From: Bacillota bacterium
GTDB taxonomy: Bacteria > Bacillota > Bacilli > Bacillales > Amphibacillaceae
NCBI GenBank assembly: GCA_035301265.1
Contig: DATGUP010000013.1
Coordinates: 1,803 to 65,802, forward strand
Length of the DNA: 64,000 nucleotides
Reading direction: 5' to 3'
Within the stretch, counting starts at the first letter, position 1. Every line of letters starts with the position of its first letter. Positions 31,837 to 43,002 of the stretch are shown piece by piece. Made by a program: the position numbers and the translations under genes. The notes beneath the pieces are model-generated. The model worked only from the letters and a program-made list of their open reading frames with translations, had not been told where the DNA came from and did not search any database.

Positions 31837-32391
31837 ATGGCAGAAGATTACACCGATGCGTTCATATCATTATGTTTTATTGCTGTTGCGTTAGGTGCAG
31901 ATGTTTTTTCCGTCAGTTTAGGTCTCGGTATGCAACGTCTGCGTCTCAAACGGGTGGCGTTAATCGGCGTGATATTCGGGCTGTTTCATGTGTTCATGCC
32001 GTTTTTAGGCATGGTGATCGGTCAGTATATTTCTAGCCGTATCGGCCATTTGGCCACTTTTGCCGGAGGATTTTTACTTGTTGGCATCGGTGCACAAATG
32101 ATCTTTTCGGCGTTTAGCCATCACTATGAACGTAAAGTCGAGCCGGTTGGCATCGGCCTTTTATTTTTAGGGTTCAGCGTCAGCATCGACAGTTTTTCCG
32201 TTGGTTTAAGTCTCGGCGTAACCGATGCAAAAACAGTGTTCGCTCTTTTGTTGTTCGGTATGACAAGCATGCTTTTTACATGGATCGGCATGCTGCTTGG
32301 CCGTCAAGTACACAGTGTGCTCGGTGTGTATAGTGAAGTGCTCGGCGGCAGCATTCTCTGCGGGTTAGGTTTGACGATTTTATTTGGCTAA
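31837..32391 (+). CDS. mntP: Manganese efflux pump MntP family (YwlD)
   Basis: 184 aa, six TM segments, duplicated DxFSVSLG / IDSFSVGLSLG motifs. Confidence 0.85.
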   Translation: MAEDYTDAFISLCFIAVALGADVFSVSLGLGMQRLRLKRVALIGVIFGLFHVFMPFLGMVIGQYISSRIGHLATFAGGFLLVGIGAQMIFSAFSHHYERKVEPVGIGLLFLGFSVSIDSFSVGLSLGVTDAKTVFALLLFGMTSMLFTWIGMLLGRQVHSVLGVYSEVLGGSILCGLGLTILFG

Positions 32392-32527
32392 TCCTTTTGT
32401 AATCGGCATCTTTTACCTTTTCACAACTTTCCTTTTTCTATCCGATTTGGCATTTCTATGATATATTTAAAGTGCGTAGGTTGATTGAATGATCCTTGAG
32501 CAGGTATGCCATAACGGAGGTTCGTCA

Positions 32528-33130
32528 ATGAGAGTGTTGTTTGTTTGTACGGGGAATACATGTCGCAGTCCCATGGCTGAAGCATGGCTTAAAAAGAGAT
32601 GTCCAAATGTTGAGGTACAATCAGCCGGTATTTTTGCGGCAAAAAATGTGAGAGCGAACGAATATGCGATCCAATCGCTAAAGGAACAAGCTATTTCTCT
32701 CGACCATCGTTCACAGCCTGTTACAAAACGGCTATTGCAATGGGCCGATATTGTCCTGACTATGACAACGCAGCACAAACAGTCGCTTATCATGCAATAT
32801 CCCGACTTTCAAGATAAGTTTTTTACACTAAAAGAATACGTCTCTGAAGCCGATAAAGCCGTATGGGACCGTTTGAAAAAACTGTATGCCGATTATGAAG
32901 AAAAACGGGTGTTATTCATCCGCGAAAACGAACATAAAATGGATCGTGCGGTCCTGGAAAAAAAGCTTCAAGACCATTTGCAAAACGAGTGGCAAGAAAT
33001 CGAGCGGTTGGAGAGTATGCTGACGAGCTATGATATTTCCGACCCATTTGGCGGCGATTTAGACGTTTATCGAGAAACATTGGAAGAAATTGGTAAATAT
33101 GTTGATTTATTAGTAGAAAAAATAACATAA
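32528..33130 (+). CDS. ywlE: Low-molecular-weight phosphatase, protein-arginine phosphatase YwlE-like, with a roughly 50-aa insertion
   Basis: ATG 32528 after GGAGG. It has the CX5R(S) P-loop VCTGNTCRSP and the DPFGG loop. An extra charged segment (SEADKAVWDRLKKLYADYEEKRVLF...ERLESMLTSY) lies between LKEYV and DISDPFGG. Confidence 0.8.
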   Translation: MRVLFVCTGNTCRSPMAEAWLKKRCPNVEVQSAGIFAAKNVRANEYAIQSLKEQAISLDHRSQPVTKRLLQWADIVLTMTTQHKQSLIMQYPDFQDKFFTLKEYVSEADKAVWDRLKKLYADYEEKRVLFIRENEHKMDRAVLEKKLQDHLQNEWQEIERLESMLTSYDISDPFGGDLDVYRETLEEIGKYVDLLVEKIT

Positions 33131-33156
33131 CCATCTAAAAAGTCAGGGGATGTAAA

Positions 33157-34449
33157 ATGAAGAAAACATATCGTTTCAGTCTGCGTATTAAACTCATGTT
33201 ATTTACAACCGTTCTGGCTTTCGTTACGTATTCAGTCAGTGCATTTTTTCTCTATATCGTCTATGATATCGTGTCGGCATATTGGGCCGTATCGATTGAA
33301 GTTTTTACTGTGCTAACACTCCTACTTGGCATCATTTGGTCTGGAATTCTCGCATTTTTAGCTGCTCGCTTTTTAACGAAACCATTGGAAAAATTGGAAC
33401 GTGTTGCATCGGATGCTGCCAGCGGGAATTTGCATCAGTCCATCGATATCCATACATCGGATGATGAAATTCGCTCTCTTGGTTTAGCTTTCGATGCGAT
33501 GCTAAAAAACTTGCGGAATATGGTGGCTAATATCGAAGCTCATTTTGCTCATACGAATCAAACCGTCATTGATATGCGCACGGCTTCGCATGATGTGGCG
33601 CAATATTCTGAAGCGATCGGCGTCTCCATTGCTGATATTTCCCGCGGTGCTGAAAACGCATCAGAAGCCATTCAACATACGGTAGAAGCTGTTGAGAAAG
33701 CGACGGAACTGGCCGAAAACGTTCAAGAAAAAGCATCCGGATCCCGAAAAAAGTCGCAGACGATGTTAGAAACATTACATTACGGGGAGAATGTCGTCAA
33801 TCAACTCGTTCAAGGGATTCAGCAATTAGCGAAAAATCAAGAAAGCTCGCTCGCTGATGTTAATCGATTAAACGACAATGCCAAACAAGTCGAATCGATT
33901 ACTACAATGGTCGGCGATATCGCTGAACAGACGAATTTACTTGCTCTGAATGCTTCCATCGAAGCAGCGAGAGCCGGCGAACATGGGAAGGGATTTGCTG
34001 TTGTAGCCGAAGAAGTTCGCAAGTTGGCCGATGAAAGTACCCAAGCTGTCCAACGCATTTCTGAATTAATCTCGTTGATTCAGGACGATGTCAAACAAGT
34101 TGTGACAAATATTAATGATAATGTCACAAAAGCCAATCAAGAGGCTGAAAGCGGATCTGAGGCAAATGTAGCCATTGAAGAGATGGCCCGCTCTGTGGAA
34201 GATGTTGCAGGCGAAATTGATGCGATTTCTAAACTCGTCGATGAACAGATGACATCCATCCGGTCAACGGCTTCGCAATCGCAAGAAGTCGCTGCTGTAG
34301 CTGAAGAAACATCGGCTGGGGCTGAGGAAGTCAATGCTTCGATTCAAGAGCAGGCGGGAACCGTAGAAAAAGTTGAACGTTTGGCACATGATTTGGAAAG
34401 ACAAGCGCACAATTTGAATAGACAGATTCAACAGTTCAAGCTGTCTTAA
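33157..34449 (+). CDS. Methyl-accepting chemotaxis protein (two TM segments with a minimal loop, HAMP, MA domain)
   Basis: 430 aa with a HAMP region ([17 protein letters not shown]) and the highly conserved signalling hairpin ([35 protein letters not shown]). Confidence 0.92.
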   Translation: MKKTYRFSLRIKLMLFTTVLAFVTYSVSAFFLYIVYDIVSAYWAVSIEVFTVLTLLLGIIWSGILAFLAARFLTKPLEKLERVASDAASGNLHQSIDIHTSDDEIRSLGLAFDAMLKNLRNMVANIEAHFAHTNQTVIDMRTASHDVAQYSEAIGVSIADISRGAENASEAIQHTVEAVEKATELAENVQEKASGSRKKSQTMLETLHYGENVVNQLVQGIQQLAKNQESSLADVNRLNDNAKQVESITTMVGDIAEQTNLLALNASIEAARAGEHGKGFAVVAEEVRKLADESTQAVQRISELISLIQDDVKQVVTNINDNVTKANQEAESGSEANVAIEEMARSVEDVAGEIDAISKLVDEQMTSIRSTASQSQEVAAVAEETSAGAEEVNASIQEQAGTVEKVERLAHDLERQAHNLNRQIQQFKLS

Positions 34450-34477
34450 CAAAACGATGATGAAGAGGTGTATAGAC

Positions 34478-34918
34478 ATGAAAGTGATTTTAACCTCCGA
34501 CCATGCCGGCATGACGATTAGACGTGAAATCGGCCAGCTGCTCGAGGAGATGGGCATTGATTATGAGGATACCGGCTGTGATTGTCAAACATCGGTTGAT
34601 TATCCTGACTACGCGCTTCCAGCTGCCGAACGGGTGGCAAACGGGGAATTTGATCGGGGTATTTTCATCTGCGGCACTGGTATCGGCATGTCGATTACAG
34701 CGAATAAAGTAAAAGGCATCCGCTGCGCCCTCGTTCATGATGTTTACAGTGCTCGCTTAACGCGTTTGCATAACGATTCAAATGTTTTGGCAATGGGTGA
34801 GCGCGTTATCGGACCGGGATTGGCGCGAGAAATTGCCAAGGAGTGGCTGACGACCGATTTTGATGGTGGGCGGCACGCCAATCGGGTTAACAAAATCGCA
34901 TCGTACGAAGGTCAATAG
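34478..34918 (+). CDS. rpiB: Ribose-5-phosphate isomerase B
   Basis: ATG 34478 after AAGAGGTG, 146 aa. The RpiB/LacAB motif (GIFICGTGIGMSITANK) is present. Confidence 0.92.
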   Translation: MKVILTSDHAGMTIRREIGQLLEEMGIDYEDTGCDCQTSVDYPDYALPAAERVANGEFDRGIFICGTGIGMSITANKVKGIRCALVHDVYSARLTRLHNDSNVLAMGERVIGPGLAREIAKEWLTTDFDGGRHANRVNKIASYEGQ

Positions 34919-34975
34919 CCTATTACAGCATGTTTAAATCGTCCTTTACAAAAGCAAGATGCATATAAGTAGTCG

Positions 34976-34984
34976 TGCTAAAAT
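34976..34984 (+). promoter_or_regulatory. Extended -10 element TGCTAAAAT upstream of glyA
   Basis: Matches TGnTAAAAT. No clear -35 is present. Confidence 0.35.
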
Positions 34985-35050
34985 GGCCACGCCATATGGC
35001 TGCAAGCAATCTTTATCCATCAACATATGTAGTCGCGAAGGAGGATTTAT

Positions 35051-36286
35051 ATGGAACATGTCCAACAGGCCGATCCAGCTTTATATGAAGCCATTACGAA
35101 TGAAAAGAAGCGCCAGCGGGAAAAAATCGAATTGATTGCTTCGGAAAATTTTGTCTCAGAAGCCGTTATGGAAGCGATGGGCTCAGTCCTTACGAATAAA
35201 TATGCTGAAGGCTATCCGGGCAAACGTTATTATGGTGGTTGCGAGCATGTTGATGTCGTTGAAAACCTTGCCCGCGATCGCGCAAAGGCATTGTTCGGGG
35301 CTGATCACGCCAATGTTCAGCCGCATTCGGGTGCTCAGGCGAATATGGCTGTCTATTTCTCCATTCTCGAATCCGGTGATACAGTGCTCGGGATGAATTT
35401 AAACCATGGCGGCCATTTAACCCACGGCAGCCCGGTCAATTTCAGCGGTAAGCTTTACCATTTTGAAGAATATGGAGTCGATAAAGAAACCGAGCAGCTC
35501 GATTATACCGCTGTTTTAAAAAAAGCAAAAGCCGTTAAACCTAAGCTCATTGTAGCAGGTACGAGCGCTTATTCGCGCACGATCGATTTTTCTAAGTTCC
35601 GCGAAATCGCCGATCATGTTGGGGCTTATTTAATGGTTGATATGGCGCATATCGCTGGGCTGGTCGCAGCGGGGTTGCATCCGAATCCAGTACCCTATGC
35701 CGATTTTGTGACGACAACGACCCATAAAACGTTGCGTGGGCCGCGTGGCGGTATGATTTTATGCAAGGAGAAATTTGCCAAACAAATCGACAAAAGCGTC
35801 TTTCCCGGATTGCAAGGCGGCCCGCTCATGCACGTGATTGCCGCCAAGGCTATGTGCTTTAAAGAAGCGCTCTCTGATGAGTTCAAAGCTTATTCCGAAC
35901 AGATTATCGCTAATGCCAAAGCATTGGCCGAAGCACTTCGTAAAGAAGGCATCCGCATCGTTTCCGGTGGAACGGATAATCATTTAATATTGCTCGATGT
36001 GACACCACTTGGATTGACGGGGAAAGATGCGGAAAAAGTCCTCGATGATATCGGCGTGACAACGAATAAAAACACGATTCCGTTTGATACAGAAAGCCCT
36101 TTTGTGACAAGTGGTATACGCGTCGGGACAGCAGCGGTCACAACACGTGGCTTTAAAGAAAAAGAGATGCAGGAGATCGCTGAGATAATATCAACGACGC
36201 TCAAAAATCATGAGGATGAAACGGTTCTGCAAAAGGTAGCGGAACGTGTCACGGCTTTGACCGAAAAATTTCCATTATATACATGA
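35051..36286 (+). CDS. glyA: Serine hydroxymethyltransferase
   Basis: 411 aa with the PLP-lysine region [14 protein letters not shown]. Confidence 0.97.
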   Translation: MEHVQQADPALYEAITNEKKRQREKIELIASENFVSEAVMEAMGSVLTNKYAEGYPGKRYYGGCEHVDVVENLARDRAKALFGADHANVQPHSGAQANMAVYFSILESGDTVLGMNLNHGGHLTHGSPVNFSGKLYHFEEYGVDKETEQLDYTAVLKKAKAVKPKLIVAGTSAYSRTIDFSKFREIADHVGAYLMVDMAHIAGLVAAGLHPNPVPYADFVTTTTHKTLRGPRGGMILCKEKFAKQIDKSVFPGLQGGPLMHVIAAKAMCFKEALSDEFKAYSEQIIANAKALAEALRKEGIRIVSGGTDNHLILLDVTPLGLTGKDAEKVLDDIGVTTNKNTIPFDTESPFVTSGIRVGTAAVTTRGFKEKEMQEIAEIISTTLKNHEDETVLQKVAERVTALTEKFPLYT

Positions 36287-36292
36287 TGAAAC

Positions 36293-36321
36293 GAGCTCCT
36301 TTTTAAACGGGAGCTCTTTTT
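36293..36321 (+). terminator. Intrinsic terminator after glyA (GAGCTCC...GGAGCTC + T5)
   Basis: Read directly. Confidence 0.8.
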
Positions 36322-36375
36322 AGTACGATTTGGCAAAGCGGGTAGGCCAATACAACTCAAACCACATTTTTCAAC

Positions 36376-36404
36376 TTGAATCTGAGTTAGTTTTTCTGTA
36401 CAAT
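36376..36404 (+). promoter_or_regulatory. upp sigma-A promoter (TTGAAT-17-TACAAT)
   Basis: -35 at 36376..36381, -10 at 36399..36404. Confidence 0.6.
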
Positions 36405-36441
36405 TTACAGGATGCAATCAATAGATAGGAGTGAACAGGAA

Positions 36442-37071
36442 ATGGGACAGGTCCATGTTCTCGATCATCCGCTCATTCAACATAAATTGACATACATACG
36501 GGACAAGCGAACGGGTACAAAGGAATTTCGCGAACTTGTTGATGAAGTAGCTATGCTCATGGCTTTTGAAATTACACGAAACTTACCGCTTCAAGAAAAA
36601 ATGATTGAAACCCCCGTTATGGAAGCAAAAGCAAACGTACTCGCTGGAAAGAAGATCGGCCTGATTCCTATATTGCGCGCTGGGCTCGGTATGGTTGATG
36701 GCATGCTGAAGCTCATCCCCGCTGCTCGCGTTGGACACGTCGGTTTGTACCGCGATCCGGAAACATTACAACCGGTTGAATATTACATAAAATTACCGTC
36801 TGATATTCACGAACGCGAACTGATCGTCATTGATCCGATGCTTGCGACCGGTGGTTCAGCTAACGATGCCATCCATTCGCTGAAAAACCGCGGTGCCAAA
36901 CAAATTCGTCTCATGTGTCTTGTCGGGGCTCCTGAAGGCGTTGAAATGATTCATAACGAGCATCCGGATGTCGATATTTATTTAGCAGCGCTCGATGATA
37001 AACTTGATGAGAAAGGATACATTATTCCGGGACTCGGTGATGCTGGTGACCGATTGTTCGGAACAAAATAG
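36442..37071 (+). CDS. upp: Uracil phosphoribosyltransferase
   Basis: ATG 36442 after TAGGAGTG, 209 aa. It begins [17 protein letters not shown] and has the PRPP motif [11 protein letters not shown]. Confidence 0.96.
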   Translation: MGQVHVLDHPLIQHKLTYIRDKRTGTKEFRELVDEVAMLMAFEITRNLPLQEKMIETPVMEAKANVLAGKKIGLIPILRAGLGMVDGMLKLIPAARVGHVGLYRDPETLQPVEYYIKLPSDIHERELIVIDPMLATGGSANDAIHSLKNRGAKQIRLMCLVGAPEGVEMIHNEHPDVDIYLAALDDKLDEKGYIIPGLGDAGDRLFGTK

Positions 37072-37110
37072 ACGGCTATGACAATGCTTAAAGGATGTGA
37101 ACACAAGCAG

Positions 37111-38232
37111 ATGACCAAACGCATTAAAGTCATGACTGTTTTTGGGACACGGCCGGAAGCGATCAAAATGGCACCGCTCGTTCTCGAATTGAAAAAACGC
37201 ACCGATCAGTTTTTGCCGATTGTTGTCATAACAGCCCAGCATAGAGAAATGCTCGATCAAGTGCTTGATATTTTTGGAATCACGCCGGATATTGACTTAA
37301 ATATTATGCGACAAAAACAAACAATCGCCCAAATTACAACACGAGTTTTGACGGGTCTTGACGATGTGCTCAAAACGAAAAAGCCCGATATCGTTCTTGT
37401 TCATGGCGATACGACGACAACTTTTGCCGCTTCACTCGCCGCCTTCTACAACCAGATCCCTATCGGTCATGTTGAGGCTGGTTTACGAACAGGGAATAAA
37501 TATTCACCGTATCCGGAAGAGATGAATCGGCAGCTGACCGGTGTCATGGCTGATTTACATTTTTCTCCAACGGAAACGGCTAAACAGAACTTGCTTGCAG
37601 AAAATAAACCAATCGAACGCATTGTGGTAACGGGTAATACAGCGATCGATGCCTTAAAAACGACGGTTGATACCCATTACTCACACCCTGTTTTAGAAAC
37701 TATCGGCAATAAGCGACTTGTGCTTGTGACGGCTCACCGTCGGGAAAACCTTGGCTCCCACATGGAGCAGATGTTTCGCGCTATCAAACGGCTTGTCGAA
37801 ACACACGATGATATCTGTGTCGTCTACCCTGTCCATTTAAACCCGCTCGTCCGCCAAACCGCAAGCGTAATTTTAGGTGGCAATGATCGCATTCAATTGA
37901 TCGAGCCGCTCGATGTTGTCGATTTCCATAACTTCGCCGCTAGATCGCATCTTATTCTAACTGACTCAGGCGGTGTTCAAGAGGAGGCCCCATCGCTTGG
38001 TGTACCGGTTTTGGTCCTTCGCGATACAACAGAGCGTCCTGAAGGGATCGAAGCGGGAACGTTGAAACTGGCAGGGACGGATGAGGAGACGATTTTTCAT
38101 CTAGCGGATGAACTGTTGTCGAATCCAATCGCGCATGAACAAATGGCGCGAGCTGTCAATCCGTATGGTGACGGTGAAGCCTCGCGCCGCATTGCCGATT
38201 CGATCGTTCATTATTTTAAAAATAAAGGATAG
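37111..38232 (+). CDS. mnaA: UDP-N-acetylglucosamine 2-epimerase (non-hydrolysing)
   Basis: WecB/MnaA family (VMTVFGTRPEAIKMAP, HVEAGLRT, LTDSGGVQEEAPSLG). The start is uncertain: 37078, 37111 or 37132. Confidence 0.9.
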   Translation: MTKRIKVMTVFGTRPEAIKMAPLVLELKKRTDQFLPIVVITAQHREMLDQVLDIFGITPDIDLNIMRQKQTIAQITTRVLTGLDDVLKTKKPDIVLVHGDTTTTFAASLAAFYNQIPIGHVEAGLRTGNKYSPYPEEMNRQLTGVMADLHFSPTETAKQNLLAENKPIERIVVTGNTAIDALKTTVDTHYSHPVLETIGNKRLVLVTAHRRENLGSHMEQMFRAIKRLVETHDDICVVYPVHLNPLVRQTASVILGGNDRIQLIEPLDVVDFHNFAARSHLILTDSGGVQEEAPSLGVPVLVLRDTTERPEGIEAGTLKLAGTDEETIFHLADELLSNPIAHEQMARAVNPYGDGEASRRIADSIVHYFKNKG

Positions 38233-38268
38233 ACGGGATTCAGCTTGGCTGAGTCCCGTTTTGATTTG
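38233..38268 (+). terminator. Intrinsic terminator after mnaA (ACGGGATTCAG...CTGAGTCCCGT + TTTGATTT)
   Basis: 11-bp stem with one G.U pair. Confidence 0.8.
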
Positions 38269-38363
38269 GCCTCCTTTGCTATGTTTTGCCTGCCTTCTGC
38301 ATCTTTTTCCATGGTCCACACATACTACTAAAAGATATGCAAAATTAAAGGAGTCCCGCTTGT

Positions 38364-40571
38364 ATGCGTTTCATATATTGTCTTATTCTCATTAGTCTAT
38401 TGATAATGTGGAGTCACCCGACATTTGGTCATGCACAATCACAATCAGCTGATACCGAGGCGATCATTATTGAGGTGGAAGGTGATCCTAATAAACATCA
38501 ATCTTACATACAGAAGCACCATCCATTTGTCGAAGTTGTTCAGACGTTCAATATGCTATTCAACGGCCTTGCTCTAAAAGGTGAGCCGGAAAAACTCGCT
38601 AAACTCACTTCATTGGATTTTATCAAAGCGATCCATCCCGTTCGAACGTATAAAGCGTTAGCACATGATGAGTCGATTGATTTATCATCTTTTGTATCAG
38701 AACCTGATGTAGCTCCGTTGACACTGCCTGCGATGCTGAATAAAACGCCTTATACAGGTAAAGGCGTTAAAGTAGGTGTTATTGATACAGGCATCGACTA
38801 CAACCATCCGGACTTAGTGGCTAACTATCGAGGAGGTTATGACCTCGTCGACCTCGATGATGATCCAATGGAAACCGATGCGACACAAGGAATGCCGACA
38901 ATTCACGGAACACATGTTTCTGGCATTATCGCTGCGAATGGAGAAATGAAAGGCATCGCTCCGGATGCGGACATCTATGCGTATCGAGCGCTTGGTCCGG
39001 GGGGATCGGGTTCGTCGGTACAAGTGATCGCTGCGCTTGAACGTGCGGTACAGGATGACGTTGATATCATAAATTTATCTTTAGGAAACGCGGTTAATGG
39101 GCCGGATTATCCAACAAGCATCGCGGTGAACCGTGCGATTGATAGGGGCGTTGCCGTTGTTATAGCCAATGGAAACGATGGGCCAGATGATTGGAGCGTC
39201 GGCTCACCAGCAACGTCTCCTAAAGCATTTGCCGTCGGAGCGACACAGATGCCGCAAAGAATTCCGTATCTTTATGCACCAAAGCATGATAGACAAATTA
39301 GCCTCACTCCCATGCTTGGTGCCGAGCCGTGGGATTTAGAAAAAGATTATCCTATCGCAGAGTGTACGGGCGAAGAAGAAGCGGTGGTAGGAAAGATTGC
39401 TTTGCTGCAACGTGGAGATACCCCATTTCATACATTAGCTAAGCAAGCGGAAAACAATGGGGCTGTTGCCGCACTGATCGTCAACAACGAAGATGAGTCC
39501 TTTCAAGGTTCCGTCGAGCATGAATCCGATCCCGTCACCATTCCGGTTGCATCGATTTCCAAGGCAGATGGAAAATGGCTTTTAGAAAACATGGCAGATG
39601 AGCCAACCATTTTAGAAACAGCTTATCATACAAAAGACACAACCATTGCCGAGTTTAGCTCACGCGGTCCCGTGACGATGAATTGGGATATCAAACCGGA
39701 TATCACCGCTCCGGGATCCGATATCGTCAGCACCGTTCCAGGAGGTTATCAAGCCTTGCAGGGAACGAGCATGGCTGCTCCGCATGTCGCAGGTGCCATT
39801 GCTCTTTTAAAAGAAGCTCGGCCCGATTGGACTAATGAACAAATCGTCGGCGCTCTTAAAACAACTGCTCAGCTTTTAAAAAATGAAGAAGGCGATCTTC
39901 TAGAGCCGATAACACAAGGGATGGGAACGATTCGTCCGGCGAAAGCTGTGCATACAAATACGATTATTCATAATCCATTATTATCCTACGGTAAAATCGA
40001 TTCGTATCGGCAAACGAAGACCATCGACATAACGATTGAAAATACGACAAATACGCCGCAAACATATACGTTTGATGTTCCTAAAAAAACACCGGGTTTA
40101 AGCTGGCACCTTCCTCAATCGTTTACATTAAAAGCAAAGGAACGAAAAACGGTACCACTTGCGCTCGCCATCACAACCCAACCGCTCGATAAAGGAATCC
40201 ATCAAGGATGGTTGACACTCCGTGATGATCGCAATACGTACCGTTTACCTTATCTGTTTATCAATAAAGCAGCGGATTATCCGAAAGCTATGGGACTGGA
40301 ATTCAGTTTAAAACCATTAGCAGACGATACGTATGTTTATCAGTTTTATTTAACCGAATCAGTCAAACGCATCGATGTGCATTTATATGATGCGGATACG
40401 CTCATCTATGATCGCTCGCTTCTGCATTTTAAAGATGTCGCTTCAGGAATGCATGAAGGAGAGCTCCCGAAAGCGGATATCGGCGAGCCCGGCATATATA
40501 AAGCATTGATCACCTTGGAACTCGACGATGGCACATATGCGAGTGAAGAAAGCATCATTCATATTGAGTGA
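38364..40571 (+). CDS. Secreted S8 (subtilisin-family) serine peptidase with I9 propeptide and PA-domain insert, Vpr-like
   Basis: 735 aa with a signal peptide. Catalytic residues are Asp (VGVIDTGIDYNHPDL), His (HGTHVSGIIAANG) and Ser (GTSMAAPHVAGAIALL). A PA-like insert lies between His and Ser. Confidence 0.9.
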   Translation: MRFIYCLILISLLIMWSHPTFGHAQSQSADTEAIIIEVEGDPNKHQSYIQKHHPFVEVVQTFNMLFNGLALKGEPEKLAKLTSLDFIKAIHPVRTYKALAHDESIDLSSFVSEPDVAPLTLPAMLNKTPYTGKGVKVGVIDTGIDYNHPDLVANYRGGYDLVDLDDDPMETDATQGMPTIHGTHVSGIIAANGEMKGIAPDADIYAYRALGPGGSGSSVQVIAALERAVQDDVDIINLSLGNAVNGPDYPTSIAVNRAIDRGVAVVIANGNDGPDDWSVGSPATSPKAFAVGATQMPQRIPYLYAPKHDRQISLTPMLGAEPWDLEKDYPIAECTGEEEAVVGKIALLQRGDTPFHTLAKQAENNGAVAALIVNNEDESFQGSVEHESDPVTIPVASISKADGKWLLENMADEPTILETAYHTKDTTIAEFSSRGPVTMNWDIKPDITAPGSDIVSTVPGGYQALQGTSMAAPHVAGAIALLKEARPDWTNEQIVGALKTTAQLLKNEEGDLLEPITQGMGTIRPAKAVHTNTIIHNPLLSYGKIDSYRQTKTIDITIENTTNTPQTYTFDVPKKTPGLSWHLPQSFTLKAKERKTVPLALAITTQPLDKGIHQGWLTLRDDRNTYRLPYLFINKAADYPKAMGLEFSLKPLADDTYVYQFYLTESVKRIDVHLYDADTLIYDRSLLHFKDVASGMHEGELPKADIGEPGIYKALITLELDDGTYASEESIIHIE

Positions 40572-40749
40572 GCGCTTTGATGGCGGCTGCTAATGTCGTT
40601 TTCTGTCGAAAATTCATAAAAATGTCACTATCACTATGGGAAATAAATCTTTTATAATGGTCTGTAGGTTGATATAGAAAAGTAGCTACCGTTCCCTATT
40701 CAATGCTATAATCGTAGTATCATACGTTTATGGGGGAACATTAAACCGA

Positions 40750-40779
40750 TTGACAATATAGTCAGCCTATTGGTAAACT
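40750..40779 (+). promoter_or_regulatory. Candidate atp operon promoter (TTGACA-18-TAAACT)
   Basis: -35 at 40750..40755, -10 at 40774..40779. A further extended -10 element, TGCTATAAT, lies at 40704..40712. Confidence 0.4.
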
Positions 40780-40977
40780 GATTGAGTGTGGAATGATAAG
40801 GTTTTCATAGTTGTTTTTCTACATATGCTCCATGACTTCAGCCGCCGTTTTGTGATAAACATTGAGGAGTTATAAATGTTGGTGGACGAGCAAGATGGTT
40901 TATACAAAGCTAGACGGTTGTTTAATCCAAGAACTTCGCATAAACTTATTGTATAATAGAGTTTAGGGAGACAGAGC

Positions 40978-42092
<1,115 letters not shown>

Positions 42093-42132
42093 TACAAATA
42101 CAAAATTATATATGGGATTTCATATTAGATAA

Positions 42133-42360
<228 letters not shown>

Positions 42361-42492
42361 AGCGATTGAAAGTGGCGGAGTTCACGTATGCGAATCTTCG
42401 CCATTGCTTTATGCTGTTTTTTACCAATGCGTTTTACGATGTGCTAAATCCCAAGCCCTTGTAATGCTGTCGGAGTGGAAGGAGTGAATACT

Positions 42493-43002
42493 TTGTTTGC
42501 ATACATTGCCTTTATAGGCGGTTTAAGAGTAGGGGACATGCTCGTTCAGCTGTTTTTCTTCCTGTTATTGTTATTCTTGCTTAAGAAATACGCTTGGGGA
42601 CCTCTTATTAACATGATGCAAAAACGAGAAGAATATGTAGCGAATGAAATCGAAGCGGCGGAAAAAAGCCGCGCTGAAGCCGAAAAAGCATCGCAAGAAG
42701 CAGCTGAGCGGTTGAAGCAAACAAAACAAGAAGCCCAACAAATTATCGAAGATGCTAAAAGCGCCGGTGCTAAACAAGAACGCGCTATTATTGAGGCGGC
42801 TTACAAAGAAGCTGAGCGCATTAAGCAGTCAGCACAGGAAGAAATCGAACGTGAAAAAGAAAAAGCAATCAATGCCTTGCAGGATAAAGTTGCCTCATTA
42901 TCGGTTTTGATTGCCTCAAAAGTGATTGAAAAAGAGATCAGCGAACAAGATCAGGAAAAATTGATTCACGACTATATTAAAGAGGTAGGAGAAGAGCAAT
43001 GA
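42493..43002 (+). CDS. atpF: F0F1 ATP synthase subunit b
   Basis: I prefer the TTG start at 42493 after GGAAGGAG, giving 169 aa. It has one TM helix followed by a long charged helix. GTG 42475 and 42484 are alternative starts. Confidence 0.85.
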   Translation: MFAYIAFIGGLRVGDMLVQLFFFLLLLFLLKKYAWGPLINMMQKREEYVANEIEAAEKSRAEAEKASQEAAERLKQTKQEAQQIIEDAKSAGAKQERAIIEAAYKEAERIKQSAQEEIEREKEKAINALQDKVASLSVLIASKVIEKEISEQDQEKLIHDYIKEVGEEQ

